Part shown: in pieces, positions 38,507 through 48,597 of the stretch | Layout: every line of letters begins with the position of its first letter | Position numbering within the stretch: the first letter of the stretch is position 1 | NCBI GenBank assembly: GCA_963795125.1 | Contig: CAWCGQ010000001.1 | Coordinates: 407,024 to 471,023, forward strand | From: an uncultured Acidimicrobiia bacterium | GTDB lineage: Bacteria > Acidobacteriota > Vicinamibacteria > Vicinamibacterales > UBA2999 | Direction of reading: 5' to 3' | Length of the DNA stretch: 64,000 bases | Program-made: the position numbers and the translations under genes | Notes under the pieces: model-generated | Told to the model about the DNA's origin: nothing | Seen by the model: only the letters and a program-made list of their open reading frames with translations | The model's database searches: none

Positions 38507-39356
38507 TCCGCCGCGCACTGGCCGCGACCGTTTGCTGTTTCATCGCCACCGCCGCGTTCGCGCAGGCGACGCCCGACCCGCACGCGGGCCACACCATGCC
38601 CCAGGCAGAGGCGAAGCAGCCTGCCGAACAGTCCCCGCAAGGTGGCGCGCCGGTGCCGCCGTTGACCGACGAGGATCGCGCGGCCGCGTTTCCCCAGGAC
38701 TTGCAGGGACATGCCGTGCACGATCGCGCGATCAACTATTTCGTGCTGTTCGATCAGCTCGAATGGCAAAAGGGCGGCGACGAGCAGGGGGCCAACTGGG
38801 ACCTGAAGGCCTGGATTGGCGGCGATCTCAACCGCATCTGGATCCATTCGGAAGGCGCGACCGACAACGAGCCGGCTTGAAGAGGCCGAAGTGCATGTGA
38901 CCTACGGGCGATCGTTCTCGCGCTGGTGGGATGTCGTCGCGGGCGTCCGCCGCGATGTCCGCCCGGGACCCGGTCAAACGTGGGGGACAGTCGGCATCCA
39001 GGGACTCGCGCCGATGTTTTTCGATATCCAGGCCACGCTCTACATTGGCGAATCGGCCGCGACGCTGGCGCGCTTTGAAGCGGAGTACGACCTGCTCGTG
39101 ACGAACCGGCTGGTCCTGCAGCCGCTGGCCGAGTTCAACATCTACGGCAAGAGCATTGCCGATCGCCGGCTCGGCGCCGGTCTCAGCTCGGCTGAAGCGG
39201 GCCTGCGGCTTCGCTACGAAGTTCGCCGCGAACTGGCGCCCTATGTCGGGTTGGTCTGGCACCGCCAGTTTGGCGCGAACCGCCGACTTCTCGCGCGCGG
39301 CGGGCGACGACATCGGTGGCTGGCGCCTGGCTGCCGGCATGCGAACCTGGTTTTAG
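38503..39356 (+). CDS. pcoB: copper-resistance outer-membrane protein CopB/PcoB type; two single-base frame breaks (about 38870 and 39275)
   Basis: MIRRALAATVCCFIATAAFAQATPDPHAGHTMP... (ORF 38434..38880; its ATG overlaps the oxidase stop as ATGA). Barrel part in ORF 38816..39382. End ...DDIGGWRLAAGMRTWF* in ORF 39156..39356. Confidence 0.85.
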
Positions 39357-39457
39357 ATCGACGACTGTACGGGAGATACTGAGTGATGCGCACCCGGTCC
39401 GCTCTCACCCTGCTCCTGACGTTGCCATCCCTGTCGACGGCGCGGTAGACGCGTTCC

Positions 39458-40231
39458 GTGTATCCCGTCCTGTTTCGCATCGGCAGCTTCGAGGTCACCA
39501 GCTTCGGCGCGTTGGTCGCCCTGGCCGCGCTGGCCGGCCTGTCGATCTTTCGACGGGAGTTGCGACGCTCCCGCCTTCCCGAATCGGCGTGGGACGTCGG
39601 CATCGCCGGACTCGTTGGCGGCCTGGCGGGCGCCAAGCTGCTGTGGGTGTCCGAGCATCTCGGCGAGGAACCGTTCTTCGATCTGTTGCTGTCGCGCGGC
39701 GGCATGAGCTGGTTCGGCGGGTTCGCCGGCGGGCTGCTCGCCGGCATCGTGCTGATTCACCGACGGCGGTTGCCGTTGATGGCGGTGCTCGCGGCGGCCA
39801 CGCCGGCGCTGCTCATCGGGCACGCGATCGGTCGCGTGGGGTGCTTCCTCGTCGGCGACGATTACGGACGGCCGAGCGACGTGCCCTGGGCCGTGGCCTT
39901 CCCCGAAGGGCTGCCGCCGACGCTCGAGCGCGTGCATCCGACGCAGATCTACGAAGCGCTGGCACTCATTCCGCTCGCGCTGATCGCGTGGCGGTGGCGG
40001 CAGCGGGCCCGGCCGGACTGGTTGGTGCTGGGCTGGTATCTCGTGTCGGCGGGAACGCTGCGATTTGCGATCGAGTTTCTTCGCGTCAACGTGCGTGTCG
40101 CCGGCCCCTTGACGGTGGCGCATCTCGCCGCGCTCGTCGTCGTCGCCGCGGGAGCAATCATGCTCGTGCGGGGCGGCAGCAACGTCGCCACTCCAGTGAA
40201 GCGACCGGCGCGGTCAGAGCGATTGCGGTGA
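39458..40231 (+). CDS. lgt: prolipoprotein diacylglyceryl transferase
   Basis: ORF 39458..40231 (257 aa). GGMSWFGGFAGG, HAIGRVGCFLVGDDYG, HPTQIYEAL. Confidence 0.9.
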   Translation: MYPVLFRIGSFEVTSFGALVALAALAGLSIFRRELRRSRLPESAWDVGIAGLVGGLAGAKLLWVSEHLGEEPFFDLLLSRGGMSWFGGFAGGLLAGIVLIHRRRLPLMAVLAAATPALLIGHAIGRVGCFLVGDDYGRPSDVPWAVAFPEGLPPTLERVHPTQIYEALALIPLALIAWRWRQRARPDWLVLGWYLVSAGTLRFAIEFLRVNVRVAGPLTVAHLAALVVVAAGAIMLVRGGSNVATPVKRPARSERLR

Positions 40232-40295
40232 TCCGCCGCGTTAGGTATGCTCATTCTGCTTTTCCGACTGCCACGCTCCAAAGGGGATTGAATCG

Positions 40296-40797
40296 ATGAA
40301 GATCCGAGATCTGTTTGTTTGCACCGCCATTGTCACCGCCGCGCTCGTTACCGCCACGCCGGGCTTTGCCCAGGGCCAGGCCCAGGCCAAGCCCAAGCCC
40401 ATGGACAACACCGATCCGCGGACGGCGCGTTTCGGGGTGTGGGACAACACCACCAATCCCAACAACGTCATGACCTACGAGGGCTTCGAGAAGGGTGGCA
40501 GCAAGCTCACCGTGAGCAATCCCAGCAATCCCGCGCAGCGACTGGAGCTACGTGACGATGTTCGACGGCCAGTTCCGTCCGGTCACCGGCCAGCCGGGTT
40601 CCGAGACCGCTGTCGAGATCATCAACCCGAAGAGCATCCGCATTTACAACAAGCGGGACGGCGTGGTCAACCAGGTGGTGATCAACACCTTGTCGGACGA
40701 CAACAACACCATCAGCAACGAGTACATCCGCATGGACAAGGATGGCAAGATCACCGGCGTCACCCATGTGACGTATGTCCGCCGCCAGAAGAAGTAA
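40296..40797 (+). CDS. secreted hypothetical protein (lipocalin-like size and pattern); one frame break near 40530
   Basis: Signal peptide MKIRDLFVCTAIVTAALVTATPGFAQG (ORF 40296..40943). It continues in ORF 40552..40797 (...DWSYVTMFDGQFRPVTG...ITGVTHVTYVRRQKK*). Confidence 0.6.
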
Positions 40798-40818
40798 CCG
40801 CGAAGATCCGCTCGCCGA

Positions 40819-40843
40819 CGGCCGCCGGCATCACCGGCGGCCG
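40819..40843. terminator. GC hairpin at a convergent gene junction
   Basis: cggccgccgg-catca-ccggcggccg: 10-bp stem, 5-nt loop. It lies just after the + strand stop (40797) and overlaps the - strand stop (40831). Confidence 0.35.
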
Positions 40844-41362
40844 CTTCGACGTATCCGCCACCACACGCCGGCGTTGTAGATCAGGTAGTAACCGATTACC
40901 ATCGCGCCGGCCGCCAGCGATTCGGGCACACCGAATGCCGTGACCAGGGCGGTGCCCGACATCCCCGCCCGCGCCACCGCCAGCGATCGCACGAGCCCGT
41001 ATACGAGCCGCGCCGAGACGATCAGCGTGAGCAGCAGCACCAGCCAGCTGTTCGGCGTGTAGAACAGCGTGCGGCCCGTTCGCTCCCACCGTGTGATTGC
41101 GAGGCCCAGTAAACCCAGCAGTAGCACCGGCGGCGATGCCCATCGCCGCGCCGGTCAGCGCACCCGGAATCCAGATCGTGGTCACCGCCGCGCTGATCAA
41201 CAGGAACACAGCGGAGAAACCCATCGCGACCAGGTTGAGCGTCGCCACCCATGGACGAGCCTCGCGCCTGGCGGTGCCCGCGCGGTAACGCTGGATGAGC
41301 AGCAGCGGCATCAGCGCGAAGACGACGATCGGCACGAGCACGACCAACAGGACGACGGGCAC
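40831..41362 (-). CDS. hypothetical polytopic membrane protein; one frame break near 41120-41128
   Basis: MPVVLLVVLVPIVVFALMPLLLIQRYRAG... (ORF 40760..41362). It continues as LLLGLLGLAITRWERTGRTLFYTPNSWLVLLLTLIV... (ORF 40831..41127). Confidence 0.6.
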
Positions 41363-41391
41363 GTCTGTAGCGTAGCAAGCAATATGACAGG

Positions 41392-43414
41392 ATGGGGATG
41401 ATGCGCCGCATGCTGGGTACGGATCGGAGCCGGGCGACGTATCTGCTGGTGGCGCTCATCATCGCCGCGGCGATCCCGTTCGGCTGGCTCGGCCAGGCAG
41501 AGCTACGCGGTCTACCGGCTCACGCGCGGCGTCGGCGACACCTGGTTCTACACCGCCGACGATCGCCGCTGGTTTCGGCTCGACGAGCAGCGGCACGACG
41601 TGCCGATCGCGCAGATCGCGCTCGATCTGCAGCACGCGTTTGTCGCCGTCGAGGATCACCGCTTCTTCCTGCATCCCGGCGTCGATCCGATCGCGCTCGG
41701 GCGCGCGGTGTTTCTCAACCTGCGCGACTCCGGACGGCCGCAGGGCGGCAGCACGCTGACCCAGCAGCTGGCGCGCACGCTGTTTCTGTCCAATCGCAAG
41801 AGCTACGGGCGCAAGGCGCGCGAGGCGGTGCTGGCGTTTCTGATCGAGGCGCAGCTCGGCAAGCAGCAGATCCTCGAGCTCTACCTGAATCGCATTTTTC
41901 TCGGCGCCGGCATCTACGGTGTCGAGGCGATGTCGCGAGCGCGTGTTCGGCAAGCCGGCCAGCCGCGCTGACGCTGGCCGAGAGCGCGCTGATCGCCGGA
42001 CTGGCGCGCGCGCCGGCGGCGCTGTCGCCGTGGTCGAATCTCGAGCAGGCTCGCGCCCGCAGCCACGTCGTGCTGGCGCGCATGCGCGACGAGCGCTTCA
42101 TCACCGAGCCGCAATATCGCGCGGCGCTGAAGGCGCCGCTGCGGTGCGTCCCTATCGAAGCGACAGCGACTCCCGTCACGGCTATGCGAAGGCGTATCTG
42201 CGCCAGCGGTTCCGCGATGAGTTCGGCGGCGATCATCCACCCGACTGGCGGGTGCAGACCACCTTCGTCGCCGCGCTGCAGGATGCGGCCGAGGCGGCGG
42301 TCGCCGACCGGCCTGAGGAAGACGGGCAAGCCGACACTGCAGGGCGCGCTGGTGGCGATCGATCCGGCGACCGGCAACATCCTCGCGCTGGTGGGTGGTC
42401 GCGACTATCAGCGATCGGCATTCAATCGCGCGAGCCGCAGCCGGCGCCAGCCCGGGTCCGCGTTCAAGCCGTTTGTGTTCGCCGCGGCGCTCGAGCGCGG
42501 CCGCTCGCCGGTCTCGACGCTGACGGGCCTCAGCCGCATGGCGCCGCAGGGCCCCGACGAATGGACGCCGCGCGACGCTCCATGATGACGCGCCGGACGA
42601 GCTGACGCTGCGGGCGGCGTTGGTCGAATCGAACAATCGCGCCGCCACGCTGCTGCAGCAACAGGTCGGCACCGGCCGGGTGTTGCGCGTGGCGTCGCGC
42701 GCCGGGCTCGACGACCTGCCCGACGTCCCGTCGCTCGCGCTCGGCTCGGGCCTGGTCACCCCGTTGGCGATCACCGCCGCGTTTGCGATGTTTCCGAACG
42801 GCGGCGTCGCGGTGCGGCCGCGTGACATCTGGCGGGTGCGCGATGCCGGCGGCGGCACCGCGTTCGAACAGACCGGTCGAGACCGACCGGGTGATCGCTC
42901 CCGAAGTGGCCTACCAGATGGTCTCGATGCTGCGCGACGCCGTCGATCGCGGCACCGGCTCGCCGGCGAGGCAACTCGGCATTCGCTTCCCGATCGGCGG
43001 CAAGACCGGGACGACCAACGAGTTCAAGGACGCGTGGTTCGTCGGCTTTTCGTCAGCCGTCGTGGCCGGCGTGTGGGTCGGCTACGATCAGCCGCAGACC
43101 GATCGGCGCCGAGGCTTACGGTTCGCGGTACGCGCTGCCGATCTGGGCCGACTTCATGCAGCGCGCGGCGCGCATCCGCCCGCCGGCGGAGTTCGATCGC
43201 CCCGCCGGTTTGCAGGACGAAACCCTCTGCGCCGATCAGCTATCGCAAGCCCGTCGAGGGCTGCCCGGTGTACACCGAGTATTTCAAGGCCGGCGACGAT
43301 GTGCCCGATCGCCTGTGCACCATTCATCGCGGCTCCATCCGCCAGCGTCTGACCCGGACCATGCAAGGGTGGGTGGCCGAGGCCGGCCGCCGCATTCGCG
43401 GCATCTTTCGCTGA
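41392..43414 (+). pseudogene. mrcA: class A penicillin-binding protein (PBP1A-type glycosyltransferase/transpeptidase), not translatable as assembled: about nine frame-break sites (net +10)
   Basis: The pieces hop cyclically between frames. They include the N-terminal anchor; GT51 motifs EDHRFFLHPGVD and GGSTLTQQLAR (ORF 41600..41971); VFGKPAS; LTLAESALIAGLARAP. Further pieces are GALVAIDPATGNILALVGGRDY...GSAFKPF (SxxK); ESNNRAATLL; GGKTGTTNE...AWFVGF; YALPIWADFM; and the C-terminal end. Confidence 0.8.
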
Positions 43415-43433
43415 CGCGAAGGGAGCCGGACGG

Positions 43434-44531
43434 CTATTGAGCGGCCGTCGTCACCGGCGCGGCGATCGCGAGCGGCAAATCGATCACGAACACGCAGCCG
43501 GTGCCCGGCAGATTGCGGAAGCTGAGGTCGCCCCCGTAAGTTCTGACGGCCTTGCGCGCAATCGACAGCCCGAGGCCGAGGCCGCTGCGATCCTGCTTCC
43601 GTCGATCGGTAAAAGCCTCGAAGGGATCGGCTGCCTGCTGGGCGATGCCGCCGCACTCGTCCTCGACTTCGATGTGGACGCGGTCGTTGGCGCGCAGGAC
43701 CCGCAGCGAAACGCGGCCGCCGGCGATGGTGTATTTGAAGGCGTTATTGAGCAGGTTCATCAAGGCCGAGGCCAGCAGCTGCGGGTCGGCGTCGACGGCC
43801 AGCAGCGGATCGACCGTGCCGACGTCGAATCGCACGTCGCGAAAATCGGCGTGCAGGTGTCCGGCGAGCGCGACTTCATCGAGGAACACCTTGATCGGTA
43901 TTCGCTCCTGCCTCGCGATGTCGGCCGACATCCGGATGTCCGACAAGGTGCTGTCCACTAGATCGCGCAGGTTCATCAAGCTGCGCCCCAGCACCGTGCC
44001 GGTGCTGCCATTGATGGCGACGGTGCCGCGCTTGAGGCTCTGGAAGGCGAGCAGCGCCGTATGCAGCAGGTCGCGAATTTCGTGAGCGAGCTGGCCGGAT
44101 CGTTCGATCTCCCCGGTCGAGCGCGACTCCGCGGTGATGCGCGCGTGCTCGGTCACGGCTCCGGCAATCGCGACGTCGAGGCAACGGTTCAGGATGTGGA
44201 ACTCCTCGGTCGTGACCGCGGCATTCTGCTCGACCGCGAGCTCGGTCACGGCCTGGCAGATATCGCCGTAATCGTGCACCACCTGGGAAATATTGAAACC
44301 GCGCGCCCGCAGATCGGCGCCGTGTTTCATGGCCGACGTGGCGATGACCGTGTCCGGGAACGGCATGTTGGTGGTTTCCCAGAGCAGCGTCTCGGACAGC
44401 TGCGTCAGGAACAGCGGCACCCCGTTCTCGAGTTCGCTGGTTGACACCAGCGGCCACGGGCGATCCGTCAGCTTCGACCGCGTCCTGGTGATAATTGCGT
44501 CGCGGTGAGTGGTGATGAATTCGTGGAGCAT
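43434..44531 (-). CDS. cytosolic sensor histidine kinase with RsbRD-like N-terminal helical domain
   Basis: ORF 43434..44531 (365 aa). H-box region LAHEIRDLLHTAL. ATPase motifs NLLNNAFKYT, RSGLGLGLSIA. Confidence 0.8.
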   Translation of the reverse strand: MLHEFITTHRDAIITRTRSKLTDRPWPLVSTSELENGVPLFLTQLSETLLWETTNMPFPDTVIATSAMKHGADLRARGFNISQVVHDYGDICQAVTELAVEQNAAVTTEEFHILNRCLDVAIAGAVTEHARITAESRSTGEIERSGQLAHEIRDLLHTALLAFQSLKRGTVAINGSTGTVLGRSLMNLRDLVDSTLSDIRMSADIARQERIPIKVFLDEVALAGHLHADFRDVRFDVGTVDPLLAVDADPQLLASALMNLLNNAFKYTIAGGRVSLRVLRANDRVHIEVEDECGGIAQQAADPFEAFTDRRKQDRSGLGLGLSIARKAVRTYGGDLSFRNLPGTGCVFVIDLPLAIAAPVTTAAQ

Positions 44532-44542
44532 GATCCTCCGAC

Positions 44543-44722
44543 CTAGAGGTCGTCGTTTCGCGTTGCCGGTGTCGGTGGGGGAGACGGCTGCGGGCAGGGC
44601 GTGGCCTCACACGCGCCTGCACGGTCGACCGGGGCATCGAGGCCGAGGGCTTTGGCCAGGACGGTCAGCGGCACTTGCTCGAAGTGGGTCCGCGGCGCCG
44701 CCGCAGATTTAGGTTTGGCCAT
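44543..44722 (-). CDS. possible 59-aa ORF immediately upstream of the kinase (below ORF-track cutoff)
   Basis: My translation: MAKPKSAAAPRTHFEQVPLTVLAKALGLDAPVDRAGACEATPCPQPSPPPTPATRNDDL*. GC3-rich. It stops 9 nt before the kinase RBS (GGAGGA). No clear SD of its own. Confidence 0.3.
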   Translation of the reverse strand: MAKPKSAAAPRTHFEQVPLTVLAKALGLDAPVDRAGACEATPCPQPSPPPTPATRNDDL

Positions 44723-44896
44723 GCGCCGATCGTAGAGTCTGGGAGCTTTTACGGGTCAGATCCTTTGACCGCCGTTCAACGGCGGTTAGTCTGGGCGATT
44801 GGGGCACTAAGGGTATATGCTTAGGTTCCTCGTAACGAGTGCCGTCGTTAGCGTCAGCGTTGTTTAACGTTAGTGTCGGCGCTTCCAGGAGCCAAC

Positions 44897-45178
44897 ATGC
44901 CAGTTGCAACCCATCACCTGCCCAGGAATTTCAAAGGGATGCTGCAAAGCGACGTTCCCCAGGGGCGCAACGGCAAGCACAAGGCAATCGTCACCAAAAT
45001 TCTTTCGGACCTCGATCAAATCGATCAGGGTGTGGCTCTGAAGGTGCCGTTGGCGCAGCTGACCGACACCAAGGAAAAAGTTCGTTCGGCATTGAATCGG
45101 GCGACGCGCAAGGATGGGCGTCACGTCGCCACCGCCAGCGATGGCAACTTCCTGTATGTCTGGAACGAGCCTGCCTAG
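44897..45178 (+). CDS. hypothetical 93-aa protein in a locally lower-GC patch
   Basis: ATG at 44897 follows CAGGAG. MPVATHHLPRNFKGMLQSDVPQGRNGKHKAIVTKILSDLDQIDQGVALKVPLAQL.... A/T-ending codons are noticeably more frequent than in neighbouring genes. Confidence 0.55.
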   Translation: MPVATHHLPRNFKGMLQSDVPQGRNGKHKAIVTKILSDLDQIDQGVALKVPLAQLTDTKEKVRSALNRATRKDGRHVATASDGNFLYVWNEPA

Positions 45179-45843
45179 CCCTCACGGCCGATGGGTGAGC
45201 GGTCCAACTGTCGAAGCAAGTCCCCGGGGCCGTCGTAGATTGCGATCGCGCCTTTCAGATCGTCGTCCTTCCAGCCGCCACTGCGAAACGCGATCGCGTT
45301 GACGCCGGCGCGCCGTGCTGCTTCGATGTCATATGGCGTATCGCCGATCATGATGGCCTCTGATGGGGAAGCGCCAGCCCGCCGCAACGCGGCCTCGACG
45401 ATGTCCGGCGCCGGCTTCGATTGATCCGCATCGTCGCTCGACGTCGCTGCGTCCATCAGCCACGCCGCTCCGGCAAGCTCGAGAAGCGCGCTCAGTTCAT
45501 CCTTTCGGGCGGAGCTTGCGGCGACGGCGGTGAGCCCGCGGGCCTTGATCGCCGCGACCAACGCACCCGCGTCGGTGAACGGCTTCAGCACCGGCAGAAA
45601 GTCGCGCGTGAAGATCTGGCCGCGGCGTTTCGCGATCGCCGACCCGGCCGGCGAATCAGCCTCGATGCCGCTCACGGCCGGCATTAGCTTGTCGCCGCCC
45701 ATGCCGATGCATCGACGCACCAGCGCCGGTACGACGCCGATGCCATGTTCTGTGAAGGCCTTTACCCACGCCGCTGCGTGCGCGTCGTTACTGTCGACCA
45801 GGGTTCCGTCGACATCAAACAGGATCGCCTTGAGGTGTTCCAC
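45175..45843 (-). CDS. HAD-superfamily phosphatase (phosphoglycolate-phosphatase-like)
   Basis: C-terminal 222 codons of ORF 45175..47898, starting at in-frame GTG 45843: VEHLKAILFDVDGTLVDS (motif I), ...SSARKD..., KPAPD, IMIGDTPYDIEAARRAG. Confidence 0.75.
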   Translation of the reverse strand: MEHLKAILFDVDGTLVDSNDAHAAAWVKAFTEHGIGVVPALVRRCIGMGGDKLMPAVSGIEADSPAGSAIAKRRGQIFTRDFLPVLKPFTDAGALVAAIKARGLTAVAASSARKDELSALLELAGAAWLMDAATSSDDADQSKPAPDIVEAALRRAGASPSEAIMIGDTPYDIEAARRAGVNAIAFRSGGWKDDDLKGAIAIYDGPGDLLRQLDRSPIGREG

Positions 45844-48340
45844 AGGTGAAGACCCTGCAAGATTGTGGCCCCGACATTCGCCCGGTCGATCCCGAGCCGA
45901 ATGCCGAGGCCGCACGGCTATCGGTACGGTGACGCTGCTCGTGTAGTTCGTGCTCGAGAGCAGGATGTCGAATCCACCGAAACGCGGGAGCGCCAGATCG
46001 GCGCGGCCATCGTTGTCGTAATCGATCGGCAGCGGACGGTCGGTCGCGGTGCCCCACAAGATGTCGAGGCTGGTCTGCATGTTTGTCGACGACAGCAGCA
46101 CGTGCCACCGCCCGGTCGCCGGCCGATACACCGCCAGGTCGGTGCGTCGGTCGCCGTCATAGTCGGCCGGTACTGGTATGTCGCTGCTGACGCCCCAGAC
46201 GACCGGATTGCCGACGACGAAGTTGCCGGCCGACGGCCATACGCGCCACTCGCCGGTCGATGGGCGATAGGTCGCGGGATCGGCGCGGCCATCGCCATCG
46301 AAGTCGCCGCGCACCGGCGTGTCCGTATCGCCGACCGACCAGCTGAACGTCCGGCTGTTGGACAGCGCACCGTCCGAGGCGGTCGCCACTATGCTCCACA
46401 CGCCGGCGCTGCTCGCGCTCAGTGTTCCGCTGATCAGGCCGGTCGAGGTGTTGATCGTCAGGCCCGGCGGTAGCCCGGTCGCCTGATACGTCACCGGCGT
46501 TAAGTCGGGGTCGCTGGCACTCAGCTGCAGCGACACGCTGCCGCTGGCTGCGCTCGTCTGATTGGCGGGTTGCACCAATACCGGCGCCCGGTTCGTGTTG
46601 GTGACCGTCCACGAGAATGTTTTCGTGTCGGAGAGCGAGCCGTCTGACACGCTCGCGGTGATCGCATAGGTGCCGGCGCTCGTGAACGTCGGCGTGCCCG
46701 AGATGAGCCCGCCTGTGCTGATCGTCAATCCGGCCGGTAATCCGGTGGCGGTGAACGTCAACGGGTGGCCGTCGGGATCCGCTGCGACCAGCGTGAGCGA
46801 CACCGCGCTGCCTTCCGCGCTGGTTTGATTGGCGGGTTGGGTGAGCGTCGGCGCGCGATTCGCCGCGACGTTGTTGACGTTGACCACAAGCGCCGTCGAC
46901 GTGGCGGAGTTGCCGGCGGCGTCGCGCGCGATGGCCGTCAGCACGTGACTCCCGTTCGAGGCCGTGGTGGTGTTCCACGCCATCGAATACGGCGCCGTCG
47001 TATCTTCCGCGCCCAGGTTCCCGCCGTCGAGCCGGAATTGAACGCCGACGACCCCGACCGCATCGGACGCGGTCGCCGACACCGTCACGCTCGAGCCTGA
47101 CACGGTGGCGTTGTTGACCGGCGCGCTCATCGCCACCACGGGCGCAGTGGTGTCGACCGATGTGCCTCCAGACGTGCCGGATAGCGTGTAGACAATCTGG
47201 AGCGATGGACGTTGTGCCGGCGTCGGGTTCTCCATGCTGGCGAAGTAACGGAACCGGTCGGCACCTTTTGTGGCGTCGGAGTTCAGCAGCAGGCCGTAAT
47301 TGGTTGACGGGGCGCTGCGCCACGCCTGCACCACCGGCAGCGCATCCCAGGTCTTCGGCCCAAGCGTCCGGTCGATCTGCGTCGTCGAGCGCGCCGGAGA
47401 AATATCGGCTTGCGCCATCGGGTAGTTGAGGTAGCAGCAGTTGATCGCGGTCCAGTTGGCCGAGCCATCCGCGCTCCTGCCGGTCGCTCGAGTCAGGTCG
47501 GGATTGCGGTTGATGATCTGGTGCAGCGACACGCTGTAGTTGGGATCGCTATTGCTGTCGGCCGCGATCAACGACAGTTGCAGCGTCGCCGATTGCACGG
47601 TGGCGTTTGCCGGGAGCTGCGACAGGTCGAATTTCATCAGGATCGCGTTGGCGACGCTGTTGGCAGGCCAGGTATAGGTGTACAGGCGCTGGTCGCCGCT
47701 GTAGTTGCTGGAGTCGAGGCCGAGCGAGGTGTCGACGGGCACAAGCGTGAGCGTGGTCGAGCCGCCTGCCTGCGCCACCGTCCAGGTAAACGCACGTGTC
47801 GCGCTCAGCGAGCCGTCGGACACAGACGCGTTGACCGTATAGGTGCCCGCCGTGGTGGCCGTGCCGGAGATCAGTCCGGTCGCCGCGTTCAACGTCAACC
47901 CCGGCGGTAGTCCCGACGCGCCGAAGGTTAGCGCCGCGCCCTCCGGATCGCTGCGCGGCGAGTGTCAACGAGGCCGCGGCGTGCTGCGCAGTGGATTGAT
48001 TGGCCGGCGGATTCAATGTCGGCGGCTGATTTTGCGCGGCCGGCGCGTCGTAAACAACCTCGGCTGATTTTGCGCTGAGAGCGCCGCTCGAGTCGATCGC
48101 CTGGACGACCACGTAATATCGTTGGCCCGGGGGTGGAAAGAATGCATAGCTGAGGACGTTGCCGACGTCGATGCTGGTGCCGTGAACGCCTGGCTGCGTC
48201 CCGTATGAGAGCCGGTAGCCAACCACGGTGGGCTCGGGGTTGCGATCCCAACTTGCCGTCGCGGCGTCTACCGGAAGCGCCAATCCCACAGACAAAACCA
48301 TCATCCAAAACGCGCGCACCAAACTCATGGGCCCCCTCAT
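45844..48340 (-). CDS. large secreted multi-domain protein: FN3-like domain, three ~89-aa putative-Ig/cadherin-like modules, DNRLRE-like domain, Ig-like domain, FG-GAP/VCBS-like repeats. One frame break near 47950; 3' end uncertain
   Basis: Signal peptide MRGPMSLVRAFWMMVLSVGLALPVDA (ORF 47549..48364). The rest is in ORF 45175..47898 (GLPPGLT.N..TGLISGT modules; GDFDGDGRADPATYRP / ADYDGDRRTDLAVYRP / IDYDNDGRADLALPRF). In the frame one base downstream a TAG lies at 45918-45920. Confidence 0.7.
46324..46860 (-). repeat. two tandem ~267-nt intragenic modules (46594-46860 and 46324-46593); a third, more distant copy at about 47776-48031
   Basis: Protein-level repeat: NRAP.L.QPANQTSA.GS.VSL.L.A.DPD..P.T..ATGLP.GLTI.T..GLISGT.....AG...I.A.SDG.LS....FSW.V. 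Confidence 0.75.
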
Positions 48341-48597
48341 AGCCGGCCGAGCGCGCGCGATCACCGCTTGCGACGCTCAGCGCTAAAGGGGGGATCCTCA
48401 GCGCAGACAACCGATACCTGTATTCCGAAACTGCAGAATCGTTGCCAAAAACGACCTTCTCATCCGCAACCAACGCGGCACGGTGTGAGCGTTTTCGCGA
48501 GTTGATGCGGTTTGGACGACGGCGGAGGCCACCACAACTTCGCCGGGAAGAAGGGCGCAGCTTCGGGCATGATAGAGGGACCGTATTGCACACCCCC

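Noticed and set aside
44709-44909. 66-aa minus-strand ORF in the lower-GC islet
   Set aside because: It spans promoter-like AT-rich sequence and the RBS and start of the plus-strand 93-aa gene. It has no RBS and poor codon bias.
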